64,000 nt of DNA from a virus: IMG/VR virus record IMGVR_UViG_3300017917_004441, positions 1-64,000 of that record. The stretch is one strand, 5' to 3'. Positions 28,140 through 38,763 of the stretch are shown in pieces (positions within the stretch are counted from its first letter, which is position 1; each line of letters begins with the position of its first letter). The notes beneath the pieces are model-generated. The model searched no databases. It was not told the DNA's origin and saw only the letters and a program-made list of their open reading frames with translations. The translations under genes were made by a program, and so were the position numbers.

Positions 28140-28430
28140 TTAATCTTCTACTCTGTACGGTTTGTTTGGTTGATATGCGTTGAACTTGATATTCATCTTT
28201 CTTTCAAATACATCTGTAGATGTTCCTGCCGCTACGTTGTAGACATCCAAAAAACTACCAGTACCACGTCCTATTTCATCACCATCTCCAATTGCGTCAG
28301 GATTTGTTGATGAATAATTCTGTCCTTGTTGTGTATAGTCATTTTTCACAATGTTCTTTTTTCTTTCAAAATCTGCGATTTCGGTGAGTCTATTCTTTGG
28401 TTGTGAAAAATCTAAAGGTAATTGTTCCAT
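28140..28430 (-). CDS. Hypothetical protein
   Basis: 96-aa ORF in the late operon. Confidence 0.65.
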   Translation of the reverse strand: MEQLPLDFSQPKNRLTEIADFERKKNIVKNDYTQQGQNYSSTNPDAIGDGDEIGRGTGSFLDVYNVAAGTSTDVFERKMNIKFNAYQPNKPYRVED

Positions 28431-28431
28431 T

Positions 28432-28899
28432 TTATATTCTTCTCATTAATTGGTTTATTCTCTCTAAACTTTCGGTTACTTGTAATCCGTGTTTTTCTAA
28501 AGAGTTTTTCTTTGAATCAAATTTTGAGATATTCATATTTTGATTCGGGCTTTTTGTTTTGAAATCCATATCTACCATACCAGTATCATTTTTGATTTTA
28601 TTGGTACCATTTATGGATTGTCTCGCACCTGATAGAATGGAGTCAACAAAACTTTTCATTTTATTTTCCCCGTTCAAAATAAACGGTGCATCCGTTTGAG
28701 GTCCCTTGAAACTATCAAAAAAATTCTTAATTCGTTTCAATTCAGGATAACTCAAGCTTTGAGTGTTCTGTAACCTCAGGTTTCTATTATACCCCTCAAC
28801 ATTTGCATCAGCATTTTTAACCTTTTGAAAACAAACTTTCATGTGGTTACGCATATCTTGTGGGAAATCCCATCTTTTTCCGTAGAGATCTTTATTCAT
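28432..28899 (-). CDS. Hypothetical protein
   Basis: 155-aa ORF ending VTESLERINQLM. Confidence 0.65.
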   Translation of the reverse strand: MNKDLYGKRWDFPQDMRNHMKVCFQKVKNADANVEGYNRNLRLQNTQSLSYPELKRIKNFFDSFKGPQTDAPFILNGENKMKSFVDSILSGARQSINGTNKIKNDTGMVDMDFKTKSPNQNMNISKFDSKKNSLEKHGLQVTESLERINQLMRRI

Positions 28900-29695
28900 T
28901 TCTGAGTAATTTTATAAGATCAGAGGTTGTCAAACCTTCTTTATCGGCCATTTTTTTCAAAGACTTGATGTTTTTCATCAATACTGATGAAGTTTTAGAG
29001 TCTTTAGATTTGATGTCGTGGTCAGATGACTTTTTTACTAAAAGATCTTCTAACATTCCAATCATTTTTTTTCTCTGAATTTCTTTTACTTCTTTCTCAG
29101 TTAATCTTTCCTGTCCTTTTTCATCTAATTTTGGTGACTTACCAAATGCTTGACATCTTTCCTCAGGATTCTCAACTTCCATTTGTTTCATTTTATCAAC
29201 ACAATCTTCGTAAGTGTCACCTGAAACTACGTCATATCCAAAAGCACCAGTCAAATCTTCTTCTCTCATTACACTTTCTCCATAGTAAACTCGGTAACCT
29301 CTCATTACAGGATCGCCAGCTTGTCTTGTTGAGAATACAGTTTGATCCATAGTTTTTGTTGGAGACATCTTTGGATCGTGAATAGGAATTTTGGAATTCA
29401 ACATTGAACCATCAAAGTCAATTAACTCATCAATTTCTTCTTTTTTGTCTTTCCCCAATTTTGATATCAATTTTTTGATATCATCCTTCTTAAACTTTTT
29501 CTTGGATTTCATAACTTTCTCCACCAATCTAAAAAGTGAGTTTTCTTTATTCACAGGTACGGAAATAATTTCATCCTCAGACCTTGCCTCTGATATGGTA
29601 TTATTTACTGAATAATAAACATCAACATTTTCACCTTTGTTTTTAAGGTAGAAATACACATTATTTGAAAAATATTCGCGACCGTAACTTATCAT
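28892..29695 (-). CDS. Hypothetical protein
   Basis: 267-aa ORF; late motif at 29710-29717 on the minus strand. Confidence 0.65.
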   Translation of the reverse strand: MISYGREYFSNNVYFYLKNKGENVDVYYSVNNTISEARSEDEIISVPVNKENSLFRLVEKVMKSKKKFKKDDIKKLISKLGKDKKEEIDELIDFDGSMLNSKIPIHDPKMSPTKTMDQTVFSTRQAGDPVMRGYRVYYGESVMREEDLTGAFGYDVVSGDTYEDCVDKMKQMEVENPEERCQAFGKSPKLDEKGQERLTEKEVKEIQRKKMIGMLEDLLVKKSSDHDIKSKDSKTSSVLMKNIKSLKKMADKEGLTTSDLIKLLRNE

Positions 29696-29709
29696 AAAGA
29701 ATTTTTACT

Positions 29710-29737
29710 TATAAATACCGCAGTAAAAGTATTTATC
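29710..29737. promoter_or_regulatory. Back-to-back late promoter motifs for divergent operons
   Basis: TATAAATA (29710-29717, reads TATTTATA on minus) and TATTTATC (29730-29737, plus). Confidence 0.65.
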
Positions 29738-29741
29738 ACAT

Positions 29742-32700
29742 ATGGCATATCAGAACATCAACCAATACGTCTATAACAAGTGGTATCTAAAACCAGTACA
29801 AGAAGTTTCTGACCTTAGTTTGGCATCGGATGAGAGACAATATAATGAGGAAGTTGTCTTTTCACCAAACCTAATAGGTGAGTTTAATGGTGATGTAATG
29901 CCAATCAAGATTGATCTAAATTTTTCAGGATCAAACCAGGGATTTGTGTTGAATTATCAGAATTATAATCAACAAAACATTCTTATTTCAGAAAATTACT
30001 TCAATCCACTTGATCCTAATTTGGATTGTTATTCCTCAAGAACGATATGTGATATAGGACTGACAGGAACTGACAATGGACTTTTAGAGTGTATGAGTGG
30101 TCAAAGTATTGAGTACACCATGGGTCTTCTACCTGATTCTCAGAAATTTGACAGGTACAAGTATGACCGAAGATTCAAGATGTTCCAAGTCACTGGGCAC
30201 ACATGGTCCCCAAACCACAGATTTTCAGGGGTCACTGCCGGTACTTTGTACAATATTGTATCGTACAACTCACAACAAATAGGACAATACCACGAGTTAT
30301 ACGGTGGTTTTTATCAAGGTTTTTACAAACTATTTGGATACGACTATGAGGTATTACCGACAAGATATCCTAAAGGTTGGACTGTTGAAATGACTTTGAA
30401 ACCAAGACTTGGTAACATATATACACCTCAATCTGGTCAGACTACACTAAACGACTACTATCCCGATAATGCAGGTATTTTCTTTTACATGGGTACTCGT
30501 GCTGAAAACAAATTTTGGCACGACGCAAATGGTAAAAATTTTGGTGATCCAAATTATGTAAGAGTCACGGAATCACTTACAGGGTTAAGTTCTTGTATGT
30601 GTGAAATCCTTAATTCAGGATATACAACAACCTCGTACACCAACATTCCAATTAGAGTTTCAGGGGCAACAATTATAGTTGAACCAAATCTTTTATGGCA
30701 AGCGGGTGATGACGTTTTAGTTTATCATGATTTGTTACAATATATTGAGGGTGTGGTTGAAAGTTATGATCCTGTAGGAGGTCAACTCAAATTTGTTTCA
30801 ACAAAAAATGTTGGTGAAGGTAATTTTCCATATTGGAGAGTTGACAAACCAAACTATTTGGAATATGCCGAATCTTATTGTGTTAAGGTTTACCCTGAAA
30901 CAGGTTACACAAGTGGTAATAGTATAACTTATTGTAGTTGTTGCGTTCCTCCACCTCCAACACCAAAACCAGAACACAATCCTTTATTGGATTCTATGTC
31001 TAATGCCTTAGCCATCAAGTTTAGTGGGGATCCTGCCAATCCAAAAATTTGTGTCAGAACTCTTACCTTCACTGGTGACTGTGCAACAACAGGTGCGTGT
31101 GAAACAATTGGATTTGAAAGTCAGACGGGTTATTCAATAAATAATTACTGTTCTACAAGAGGGATTTATGATGATTGTTTGGGTACCGAATATTTTGGTA
31201 AAGAACATTGGGTTCTCATTGATGCGGTTTTTGAACGATATACTTGGTTGGATTTTTGTGATCTTTATTACCGAGGTGGTTTAGGTGTCATATCTAATTT
31301 GGTGTATACTGCAACTACCGCAAACAATTCAGTATCTCTTATACAACCACCTCTAACCCATAATCAAACTATTCCTGTACAAGAGGAAATTGTTGAACTG
31401 AATTACGATTGGTTACTTGAGGAGTTCTACAGACGTGGTAAATTGAAGTTATACGTAAACGGTAGACATTTTGAGACTTTTGATAATTTTGAAGAAATTA
31501 TTCCAAGAGGACTCTATGGACACAAAGAAACACAAGTTGGTGTACCGTTCAACATATCTTGGGGTGGGGGTACTCAAGGATTACACGAAAACCTAATATT
31601 TTCAGCCATTCCTCAAACATTTTGTGGTGAATATATTCAGGATCCCGAACTATTTCCTGATAATATTCTCAGTGGTACATCGGTGAGTGGATTAACCACA
31701 AATATTCTTTTGGAAAAATACTTTGCAGGTACTTTTGATGGTGGAATATCAACATTCCACATGTATTCTAAGCCACTTTCGGTACCTGAAATACAACACA
31801 ATGCCAGATTGTTATACAATGTATATGACCTTTTGAATCCATATTGTTTGGATTGTAATATAATTGATAATTGTGACTTAGATTGGGAATTTATTGAGGT
31901 TACCAACACACCAACTCCAACAACAAATCCGACCCAAACGCCGACACCAACTCAAACAGTTACACCGTCAGCAACTTTATTACCAAGTCTTTGTCTTTAT
32001 ACCCAATTGTTTGAAACAACTCCTCAAACTCTGCCACCAAGTGGGTATATAAATTCAAGACCTTATTATGTTTATACCGATAGTATTTGTGGAAATGTCT
32101 ATAAGATTTTCTATGATGGGACACAATGGATAACTGAAAATTTCTTTGACAACACAATTTGTGCTACTTTGAATTATCAGGGTTTATATCCTGATACAAA
32201 TTTTGCCTCTTGGGTAATAACTACAGGACTTCCATTGTGTGAATGTGATTGGGTTAGAACCACAACATATCCAGTACCGTGTACAACACCACCACCTACA
32301 CCAACACCTTCAACAACAGCTGGTTGTTGTGAAAGCGTTGAATTCACTCTTCCAGATGACATATGTAGTATGGAGATACTTTATTTGGATTGTGACAATA
32401 ATCTTCAAACAACAGTAATTTCAGGGACAACACCGGTCACTATTTGTATGAAAAACGTGTATTCCAACTTTGAAATATTATCTACTGATTGTCTATCTTA
32501 CGATATTCTTGAACTCGGTAATTGTGATTGTGGGTTGGTACCTACACCAACACCAACTTTGACACAAAGTGTAACACCAACCCAAAGTATTACACCAACG
32601 ATAACCTCAACACCATCTTTGACTCCAACTCAAACACCCTCACCAACATCAGATCCTTGTTGTAGAACTCACGAGGTCAACGTGTTGAGTGGGTCTTGTA

Positions 32701-33590
32701 CTGGTGCAACGATTACTTACGTAGATTGTGATGATGATACTCAAACAATTTCACTTGTGTTGGGTTCAAGCACCCTGATATGTGCTCGTCCAAATTCAAT
32801 TACTCTAGTACCATCAGAAACATCATGTGATATTGAAATAATTGAAACTATAAACTGTGATTGTACCATTCCTGAAACACCAACACCAACTCCAACACCT
32901 ACTATAACAAGTACGGTAACTCCGACTATAACGTTGACTCAGACTCCATCTACAACACCTGATTTTACGCCAACACAAACACCAACCACTACGGTAACAC
33001 CATCAGCAACACCACCGTGTTGTTCAACATATAATTTGTATTCAATGGTACCTGAAACTTACACAATTGTCAATTGCGACGGTACTGTTGATGTTGTTAG
33101 TCATCCGGCATTTTATGCGTTCACAGTATGTGCTTTGAGCGTTACACCATTACAAGGTTACATCTTCCCTGAGTGTGAATGTTGTCTAACTGTTACAGGA
33201 ACATCAATTACCGCAAATGTTTTGGATATTCCGAATGCTAGCTCATATTCACGAGGAAGTGCGACTGTTGGATATTGGAATGGTTCATCATTATTCAATC
33301 CTACTGGTAGTGCCACTAAAGCAACAGGAAATACTTTAGTTACTGTTGGTGGTGATTTAGGTAATGATGATAACTGTCAGAGAGGTGCTATTGAGGTTAC
33401 TGCATTTGTTCCAAGTAGTATTGCTGGAGCGACAGGTTATAGAACACAAATTACAATCACTAAGAATTCTTTACCGATTGGAGTTGTAACAAGTGGACCT
33501 AACCCTACGGGAAGTAACGTGACTCAAACTTTTGATTTTGATAGAAACAACAACGATGTGATTAACGTACAATTCAATAGTATTTTATAA
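29742..33590 (+). CDS. Large virion protein: LamG/ConA-like N-region, Pro/Thr linkers, repeated Cys-rich modules
   Basis: WTVEMTL, LKLYVNG, FDGGISTFHMYSKPLS..EI..N (LamG-like); PT repeats; CC...DCD...IC modules. Confidence 0.75.
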   Translation: MAYQNINQYVYNKWYLKPVQEVSDLSLASDERQYNEEVVFSPNLIGEFNGDVMPIKIDLNFSGSNQGFVLNYQNYNQQNILISENYFNPLDPNLDCYSSRTICDIGLTGTDNGLLECMSGQSIEYTMGLLPDSQKFDRYKYDRRFKMFQVTGHTWSPNHRFSGVTAGTLYNIVSYNSQQIGQYHELYGGFYQGFYKLFGYDYEVLPTRYPKGWTVEMTLKPRLGNIYTPQSGQTTLNDYYPDNAGIFFYMGTRAENKFWHDANGKNFGDPNYVRVTESLTGLSSCMCEILNSGYTTTSYTNIPIRVSGATIIVEPNLLWQAGDDVLVYHDLLQYIEGVVESYDPVGGQLKFVSTKNVGEGNFPYWRVDKPNYLEYAESYCVKVYPETGYTSGNSITYCSCCVPPPPTPKPEHNPLLDSMSNALAIKFSGDPANPKICVRTLTFTGDCATTGACETIGFESQTGYSINNYCSTRGIYDDCLGTEYFGKEHWVLIDAVFERYTWLDFCDLYYRGGLGVISNLVYTATTANNSVSLIQPPLTHNQTIPVQEEIVELNYDWLLEEFYRRGKLKLYVNGRHFETFDNFEEIIPRGLYGHKETQVGVPFNISWGGGTQGLHENLIFSAIPQTFCGEYIQDPELFPDNILSGTSVSGLTTNILLEKYFAGTFDGGISTFHMYSKPLSVPEIQHNARLLYNVYDLLNPYCLDCNIIDNCDLDWEFIEVTNTPTPTTNPTQTPTPTQTVTPSATLLPSLCLYTQLFETTPQTLPPSGYINSRPYYVYTDSICGNVYKIFYDGTQWITENFFDNTICATLNYQGLYPDTNFASWVITTGLPLCECDWVRTTTYPVPCTTPPPTPTPSTTAGCCESVEFTLPDDICSMEILYLDCDNNLQTTVISGTTPVTICMKNVYSNFEILSTDCLSYDILELGNCDCGLVPTPTPTLTQSVTPTQSITPTITSTPSLTPTQTPSPTSDPCCRTHEVNVLSGSCTGATITYVDCDDDTQTISLVLGSSTLICARPNSITLVPSETSCDIEIIETINCDCTIPETPTPTPTPTITSTVTPTITLTQTPSTTPDFTPTQTPTTTVTPSATPPCCSTYNLYSMVPETYTIVNCDGTVDVVSHPAFYAFTVCALSVTPLQGYIFPECECCLTVTGTSITANVLDIPNASSYSRGSATVGYWNGSSLFNPTGSATKATGNTLVTVGGDLGNDDNCQRGAIEVTAFVPSSIAGATGYRTQITITKNSLPIGVVTSGPNPTGSNVTQTFDFDRNNNDVINVQFNSIL

Positions 33591-33591
33591 T

Positions 33592-36500
33592 ATGAGTCAA
33601 TTAGGTATTATAATCAGTAGCGATAACTTCAGCGGACAAACAGGTAGTGTTTTATATAAAAACACCCAAAACCAAGTAATTAGTTTGGGTGATCAAACTT
33701 TACCTTTTGTTTACTCACCTGCCGACGGTGAAGTTCAAGGGTTTTATTTTATATACTTTTCTGCCTCAAGTGAAACATGTGTTGTATTGGTTGATTCACC
33801 TGATCCCACACCAACTCAGACACCAACACCGACAGTAACACCATCGCCAAGTCCTGATTCAGGAATAGTTTATGCTTACATCGGACCAGGTTCCGTTGTG
33901 ATAGATTATGTGGTTGTGTTGGAAAAGGTTGTACCTGGTGACGTATCGTTCGGTTTATCACAACAATTATTTTTTGAACCGAATACAAGTGAATTTATTG
34001 TCACCAACTTTGATTTATTGTCAGGTGCAACTTCTGGTACAACACAAGAAACTTTATCTGAAAAAGATTTCAATCTTATAAAAAGGAATACAAACTTTAC
34101 CTTCTTTGATAAAAACCCAAGTGGTATTATTTTACAAGCCACTCCAATTTTTGCATCAGCAACTCCAACTGTAACACCAAGTCCTACACCTACTCTGACC
34201 CCAACTATTTCAGAGACTCCGACACAGACTCCAACACCTACTATAACAGAGACTCCCACTGTTACTCCAACGGCTACTCTCACGGAGACACCAACCCCGA
34301 CAGCAACGCTTACGCCAACACCAACAATTACCGAAAGTTTAACTCCAACAGTAACTCCTACTGAAACTCCTACTCCTACTGTAACACCAAGCCCAACTCA
34401 GTCTGAAACTCCAACTCAAACACCTACGAATACACCTACTCAAACTCCGACTGAGACACCTACGCCAACTATTTCAGAAACTCCAACACTTACTCCGACA
34501 CCAACAATTTCTGAAACTCCTACTCAGACTCCAACTGAAACTCCTACTAATACACCCACGACAACCCCTACTCCTACTGAATGGTGTATTTTTGAAGATT
34601 GTTATCAATCTTTGATAGTTACATTCACAGCAGAAACTTCAATCGGTGGATATTACTGTACTCCAACTGGACCTGAATATTACTCTACAATTATAAGTGA
34701 AGCAACATATCCGGCAACACAAACATTGACCGCAGAATTTTGTTTTTCAGGTGGAACTTGGAGCGAGCTCTCAGGTAGTTCTATTACATCTTTAACTTAT
34801 AGTGGTAGTTGTTGTAATATAACTCCAACACCTACACCGACTATTTCAGAAACACCAACTCAGACACCTACACCATCGGTGACTGAGACACCTACGCAGA
34901 CCCCTACTCCAACAATTTCAGAAACTCCTACACAAACTCCGACACCGACTATTACTGAAACACCAACAGTTACGCCAACGGCAACATTGACTGAAACTCC
35001 AACACCAACGTCAACTTTGACTCCAACTGTTACCCCGACACAAACTTTGACACCTACTCAAACTGAAACGCCAACCTTGACCCCTACGCCTACTATAACT
35101 GAATCACAAACTCCAACACCAACAATTTCTGAAACGCCAACTCAAACTCCAACACCTTCATCAACAGAAGGAGTTTTCTTGGCACAAGAATCATTGGAGG
35201 GTGGTATACATCCTTTGATTCTACAAGAAGATAACTTCAAGATTATTGTAGAGTTGCCAACTTCAACTCCGACGCCAACTATCACTACAACACCAACAGT
35301 TACACCAACAAATACAATTACGCCAACTACAACTGTAACACCAACATTTACACCCACAAGTACGATTACTCCGACCATCACACCAACAACAGCTCCTATT
35401 ACGTCAGGTCTTATTATAGAACTTGATGCATATAATAGTTCAAGTTATCCTGGTACTGGTACTACAGTTGTAAACTTACAATCACCGGGAACATATAACC
35501 ATACACTGACAAACGCACCTTACACCGAACTAAACACAATAAAATGTTTTGATTGTAATGGTGGTGTCAACACTTTTGTAAGAGTAAATGGTACTGGTCC
35601 TACCTTACCAACGTCGGGATATACCTACATTACTTGGGCGAGAGTAAGAACAAGTTCAGCCGATTATAGAACATTGTTTAGAACTGCACCGAATGACCAC
35701 CCAATATTAGTGGATGTTGCTACTGATAACTTAGGTTTTTATGATAATGATACACCAGCGTTCTTTGATTCGGGGTACGATGTAACCCCTGTTGAGGATG
35801 TTTGGGTACAGTACACCGTGGTCGGAGATAATGTAAGTAGTATATTTTACATAAATGGTACGCAAGTTGGAACAACCGCAAAAGGTGCGGGTGGAAATAG
35901 ACATGATTATTGGGGTTCAATTCCAGGTCAACCATTCGGTTATGTTGCAAACATGTATTACTACAATAGAAAGTTGTCGTTATCTGAAATCCAACAACAA
36001 TATACTTTCTTAGCACCGAGATTCATTGAACCATCACCAACTCCAACGACAACACCTACCTCAACAGTAACTCCGACTTTGACTACAACACCAACTCCGA
36101 CGTCAACTCCCGCAGTCCCTGTCACAAGTAATTTAATTTTATATTATGATCCAAGTAACCCATCAAGTTATTCGGGAAGTGGTACAGCCCTAAATGATTT
36201 GTCGGGAAATGGGTTAAACGGTTCCATGTCCAACATAACATTTACATCACCATACTTTTCATATAACGGAAGTTCTTCACAAGTCACAAGATTGGATAAC
36301 GTGCTATTAGAACCAGGTGCTGGTGATTGGACCATGGAGGTTTGGGTAAACCAAACAAATGCCACTGGTAGTCAGGTGATTTTAGGTAAATTTGACCCAG
36401 GTGGTGGGTCTCAAGATGTCTCTTACGCCATTCGTGTTATTGGGGGAAATGTTAGAGCTGACTTTGGGAATGGATCAACAGCAATGAGTACTGCAAACTA

Positions 36501-36786
36501 TTTGATCACAACTGGTACTTCTTATCAATTAGTATATGTGTTCAATAACGTTGCAAATAATAATGTAATCACATATGTAAATGGGATACAAGTTGCCACA
36601 ACGACACACAGTTTTGCCAGTATATTGAACACCACAACAGCACTTTACTTGGGTAGTTACAATGGTGGAGAATATTCACAATGGTTCAATGGTAAAATTG
36701 GAATCACAAGACTTTATAACGCAGCACTGACTTCATCCCAAGTCTTACAAAACTATAATGCCAATAAATCCAAATATGGATTATAA
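33592..36786 (+). CDS. Mucin-like Pro/Thr-repeat virion protein with two LamG/ConA-like lectin domains
   Basis: Several hundred residues of TPTPTISETPT repeats; two domains beginning LDA..SSYPGTG / YDP..SSYSGSG and ending YNRKLS / YNAALT. Confidence 0.85.
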   Translation: MSQLGIIISSDNFSGQTGSVLYKNTQNQVISLGDQTLPFVYSPADGEVQGFYFIYFSASSETCVVLVDSPDPTPTQTPTPTVTPSPSPDSGIVYAYIGPGSVVIDYVVVLEKVVPGDVSFGLSQQLFFEPNTSEFIVTNFDLLSGATSGTTQETLSEKDFNLIKRNTNFTFFDKNPSGIILQATPIFASATPTVTPSPTPTLTPTISETPTQTPTPTITETPTVTPTATLTETPTPTATLTPTPTITESLTPTVTPTETPTPTVTPSPTQSETPTQTPTNTPTQTPTETPTPTISETPTLTPTPTISETPTQTPTETPTNTPTTTPTPTEWCIFEDCYQSLIVTFTAETSIGGYYCTPTGPEYYSTIISEATYPATQTLTAEFCFSGGTWSELSGSSITSLTYSGSCCNITPTPTPTISETPTQTPTPSVTETPTQTPTPTISETPTQTPTPTITETPTVTPTATLTETPTPTSTLTPTVTPTQTLTPTQTETPTLTPTPTITESQTPTPTISETPTQTPTPSSTEGVFLAQESLEGGIHPLILQEDNFKIIVELPTSTPTPTITTTPTVTPTNTITPTTTVTPTFTPTSTITPTITPTTAPITSGLIIELDAYNSSSYPGTGTTVVNLQSPGTYNHTLTNAPYTELNTIKCFDCNGGVNTFVRVNGTGPTLPTSGYTYITWARVRTSSADYRTLFRTAPNDHPILVDVATDNLGFYDNDTPAFFDSGYDVTPVEDVWVQYTVVGDNVSSIFYINGTQVGTTAKGAGGNRHDYWGSIPGQPFGYVANMYYYNRKLSLSEIQQQYTFLAPRFIEPSPTPTTTPTSTVTPTLTTTPTPTSTPAVPVTSNLILYYDPSNPSSYSGSGTALNDLSGNGLNGSMSNITFTSPYFSYNGSSSQVTRLDNVLLEPGAGDWTMEVWVNQTNATGSQVILGKFDPGGGSQDVSYAIRVIGGNVRADFGNGSTAMSTANYLITTGTSYQLVYVFNNVANNNVITYVNGIQVATTTHSFASILNTTTALYLGSYNGGEYSQWFNGKIGITRLYNAALTSSQVLQNYNANKSKYGL

Positions 36787-36807
36787 ACAACATATTTATA
36801 AAATAAA

Positions 36808-37395
36808 ATGCCAAATTTACCCATATCCCAATTACCAAATATTTCAGGTTCAACTTTAGGTTATCTTGGACCTGACGGAGAGTTTGCCGTTGCACAGGAC
36901 GGTGTAACTTACAAGGCTAAATTATCACAAATTCACCCATCAGGATTTTGGGGTAGTTTTGTTTCGTTAGAAAACCAGTATGTTACAAGCACAACTACGG
37001 CCTACTCTATGACAGCAGATACACAAACCTCAGGTAACGGTGTAATTGTTTCTGCGGATACAAGATTTGTAGTTGAATATGCTGGAACTTATAATGTACA
37101 GTTCTCGAGTCAAATTGAATCAACAGGTGGTGGTAATGCACAAACTATGGATATTTGGTTGGCAATAAATGGTGACAATGTACCATATAGTAATACCCAA
37201 GTTGTTGGTAATTCAAATAACGGAAGGAGTGTTGCTGCTTGGAATTTTGTAGAACCGATGAATGCTGGTGACTATTTTGAAATAAAATTCAGAGTAAGTG
37301 ATATACGTTTAGGTTTTGCATACGACGCAGGTCCTTTTATTAACCCACCGAGACCCGACATACCTTCGGTGATTGTCACAGTAACACAGGTCTAA
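36808..37395 (+). CDS. Fibre-tip protein with C1q/BclA-C-like domain
   Basis: N-terminal PISQLP; AGTYNVQFS...IWLAING...AGDYFE; late motif at 36793-36800. Confidence 0.65.
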   Translation: MPNLPISQLPNISGSTLGYLGPDGEFAVAQDGVTYKAKLSQIHPSGFWGSFVSLENQYVTSTTTAYSMTADTQTSGNGVIVSADTRFVVEYAGTYNVQFSSQIESTGGGNAQTMDIWLAINGDNVPYSNTQVVGNSNNGRSVAAWNFVEPMNAGDYFEIKFRVSDIRLGFAYDAGPFINPPRPDIPSVIVTVTQV

Positions 37396-37463
37396 ACAAA
37401 TATTTTGTATCTTGTTTTTTTTCGACTTCAATAAATTTACTAAAATATAGAAAATGTAATTCT

Positions 37464-37492
37464 AACCCTCCACTTTTACAGAGGGTTTTTTA
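37464..37492 (+). terminator. Probable intrinsic terminator
   Basis: AACCCTC-N10-GAGGGTT followed by T-tract. Confidence 0.6.
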
Positions 37493-37513
37493 TTTTAGTA
37501 AAAAACTGTTTTT

Positions 37514-38761
37514 ATGAAGATATTTGTGCAAATTGCATCTTATAGGGATCCACAACTTATCCCAACAATCAAGAACATGTTGGAAAATGCAAAAAGACCA
37601 AAAAATTTGAGAATTGGTATTGCAAGACAATTCCACCCTGAAGATAAATTTGACGATCTATCAGAATTTGAAAATGACAACAGATTCAGAATCTTAAACA
37701 TTCCATATCAAGAGGCTGAAGGCGTATGTTGGGCAAGAAACTTAGTTCAACAACTTTATCAGGGTGAGGAATATACACTACAGATTGATTCTCACATGAG
37801 ATTTGCACCCAATTGGGATGACGAAATGATTAAGATGATCAAACAACTTCAGAAGAAAGGACATGCTAAACCATTGTTGACAGGATACGTATCATCATTT
37901 GATCCCGATAACGACCCACAGGGTAGAGTTCAGGAACCTTGGAGAATGGTTTTTGATAGATTTATTCCCGAAGGTGCGGTGTTTTTCCTACCTGAAACTA
38001 TACCTGGTTGGAGAGATATGAAACAACCTGTACCCGCGAGATTCTATTCAGCTCACTACGCTTTTACATTAGGACAGTTCTCAACAGAAGTTCAACACAA
38101 TCCTGAATACTATTTCCACGGTGAAGAAATTTCTATTTCAGCAAGAGCTTACACATGGGGATATGATTTATTTCACCCACATAAGGTTTTGATTTGGCAC
38201 GAATACACTAGAAAAGGTAGAACCAAACAATGGGATGATGATAAAAAGTGGGTTGATAGAAATAACAAATCACACTTGATGAACAGAAAGTTGTTTGGTA
38301 TGGATGGTTTAGAACAAGAAGGACATGATGGACTTTATGGATTTGGACCTGAAAGAACTCTACGTGACTATGAAAAGTATGCAGGTCTGTTGTTTGAAAA
38401 AAGGGCGGTACAACAATATACCTTAGATAAGAACTATCCACCTAACCCTTACAATTACGAGAGCGAAGAAGAATGGAAAAAGAATTTTGCTTCAGTATTC
38501 AAACATTGTATTGATATCAATTACAGTTCCGTACCTGAAAAGGATTACGAGTTTTGGGTTGTTGCATTCCACGGACCTAACGATGAAACATTGTTCAGAA
38601 AGGATGCGGACAAGAATGAAATCCAACGTATCATGAACGATCCAGATGGGTATGGTAAAGTTTGGAGAGAATTCCAAACAGAATCTAAACCAACTTATTG
38701 GGTTGTATGGCCATACTCAACATCTAAGGGATGGTGTGAGAGAATTACAGGAAACTTATAA
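37514..38761 (+). CDS. GT60-like polypeptide GlcNAc-transferase (Skp1 Gnt1 / trypanosome mucin GlcNAcT-type)
   Basis: IFVQIASYRD, GVCWAR, LQIDSHMRF...WD, FHGEE, YTWGYDLF.P...WHEY.R. Confidence 0.85.
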   Translation: MKIFVQIASYRDPQLIPTIKNMLENAKRPKNLRIGIARQFHPEDKFDDLSEFENDNRFRILNIPYQEAEGVCWARNLVQQLYQGEEYTLQIDSHMRFAPNWDDEMIKMIKQLQKKGHAKPLLTGYVSSFDPDNDPQGRVQEPWRMVFDRFIPEGAVFFLPETIPGWRDMKQPVPARFYSAHYAFTLGQFSTEVQHNPEYYFHGEEISISARAYTWGYDLFHPHKVLIWHEYTRKGRTKQWDDDKKWVDRNNKSHLMNRKLFGMDGLEQEGHDGLYGFGPERTLRDYEKYAGLLFEKRAVQQYTLDKNYPPNPYNYESEEEWKKNFASVFKHCIDINYSSVPEKDYEFWVVAFHGPNDETLFRKDADKNEIQRIMNDPDGYGKVWREFQTESKPTYWVVWPYSTSKGWCERITGNL

Positions 38762-38763
38762 AA

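Noticed and set aside
3213-35381. Val/Gly-rich antisense ORFs (3290-3610, 33906-34283, 35142-35381 and similar)
   Set aside because: They are reverse complements of Pro/Thr repeat codons and have no independent starts or promoters.
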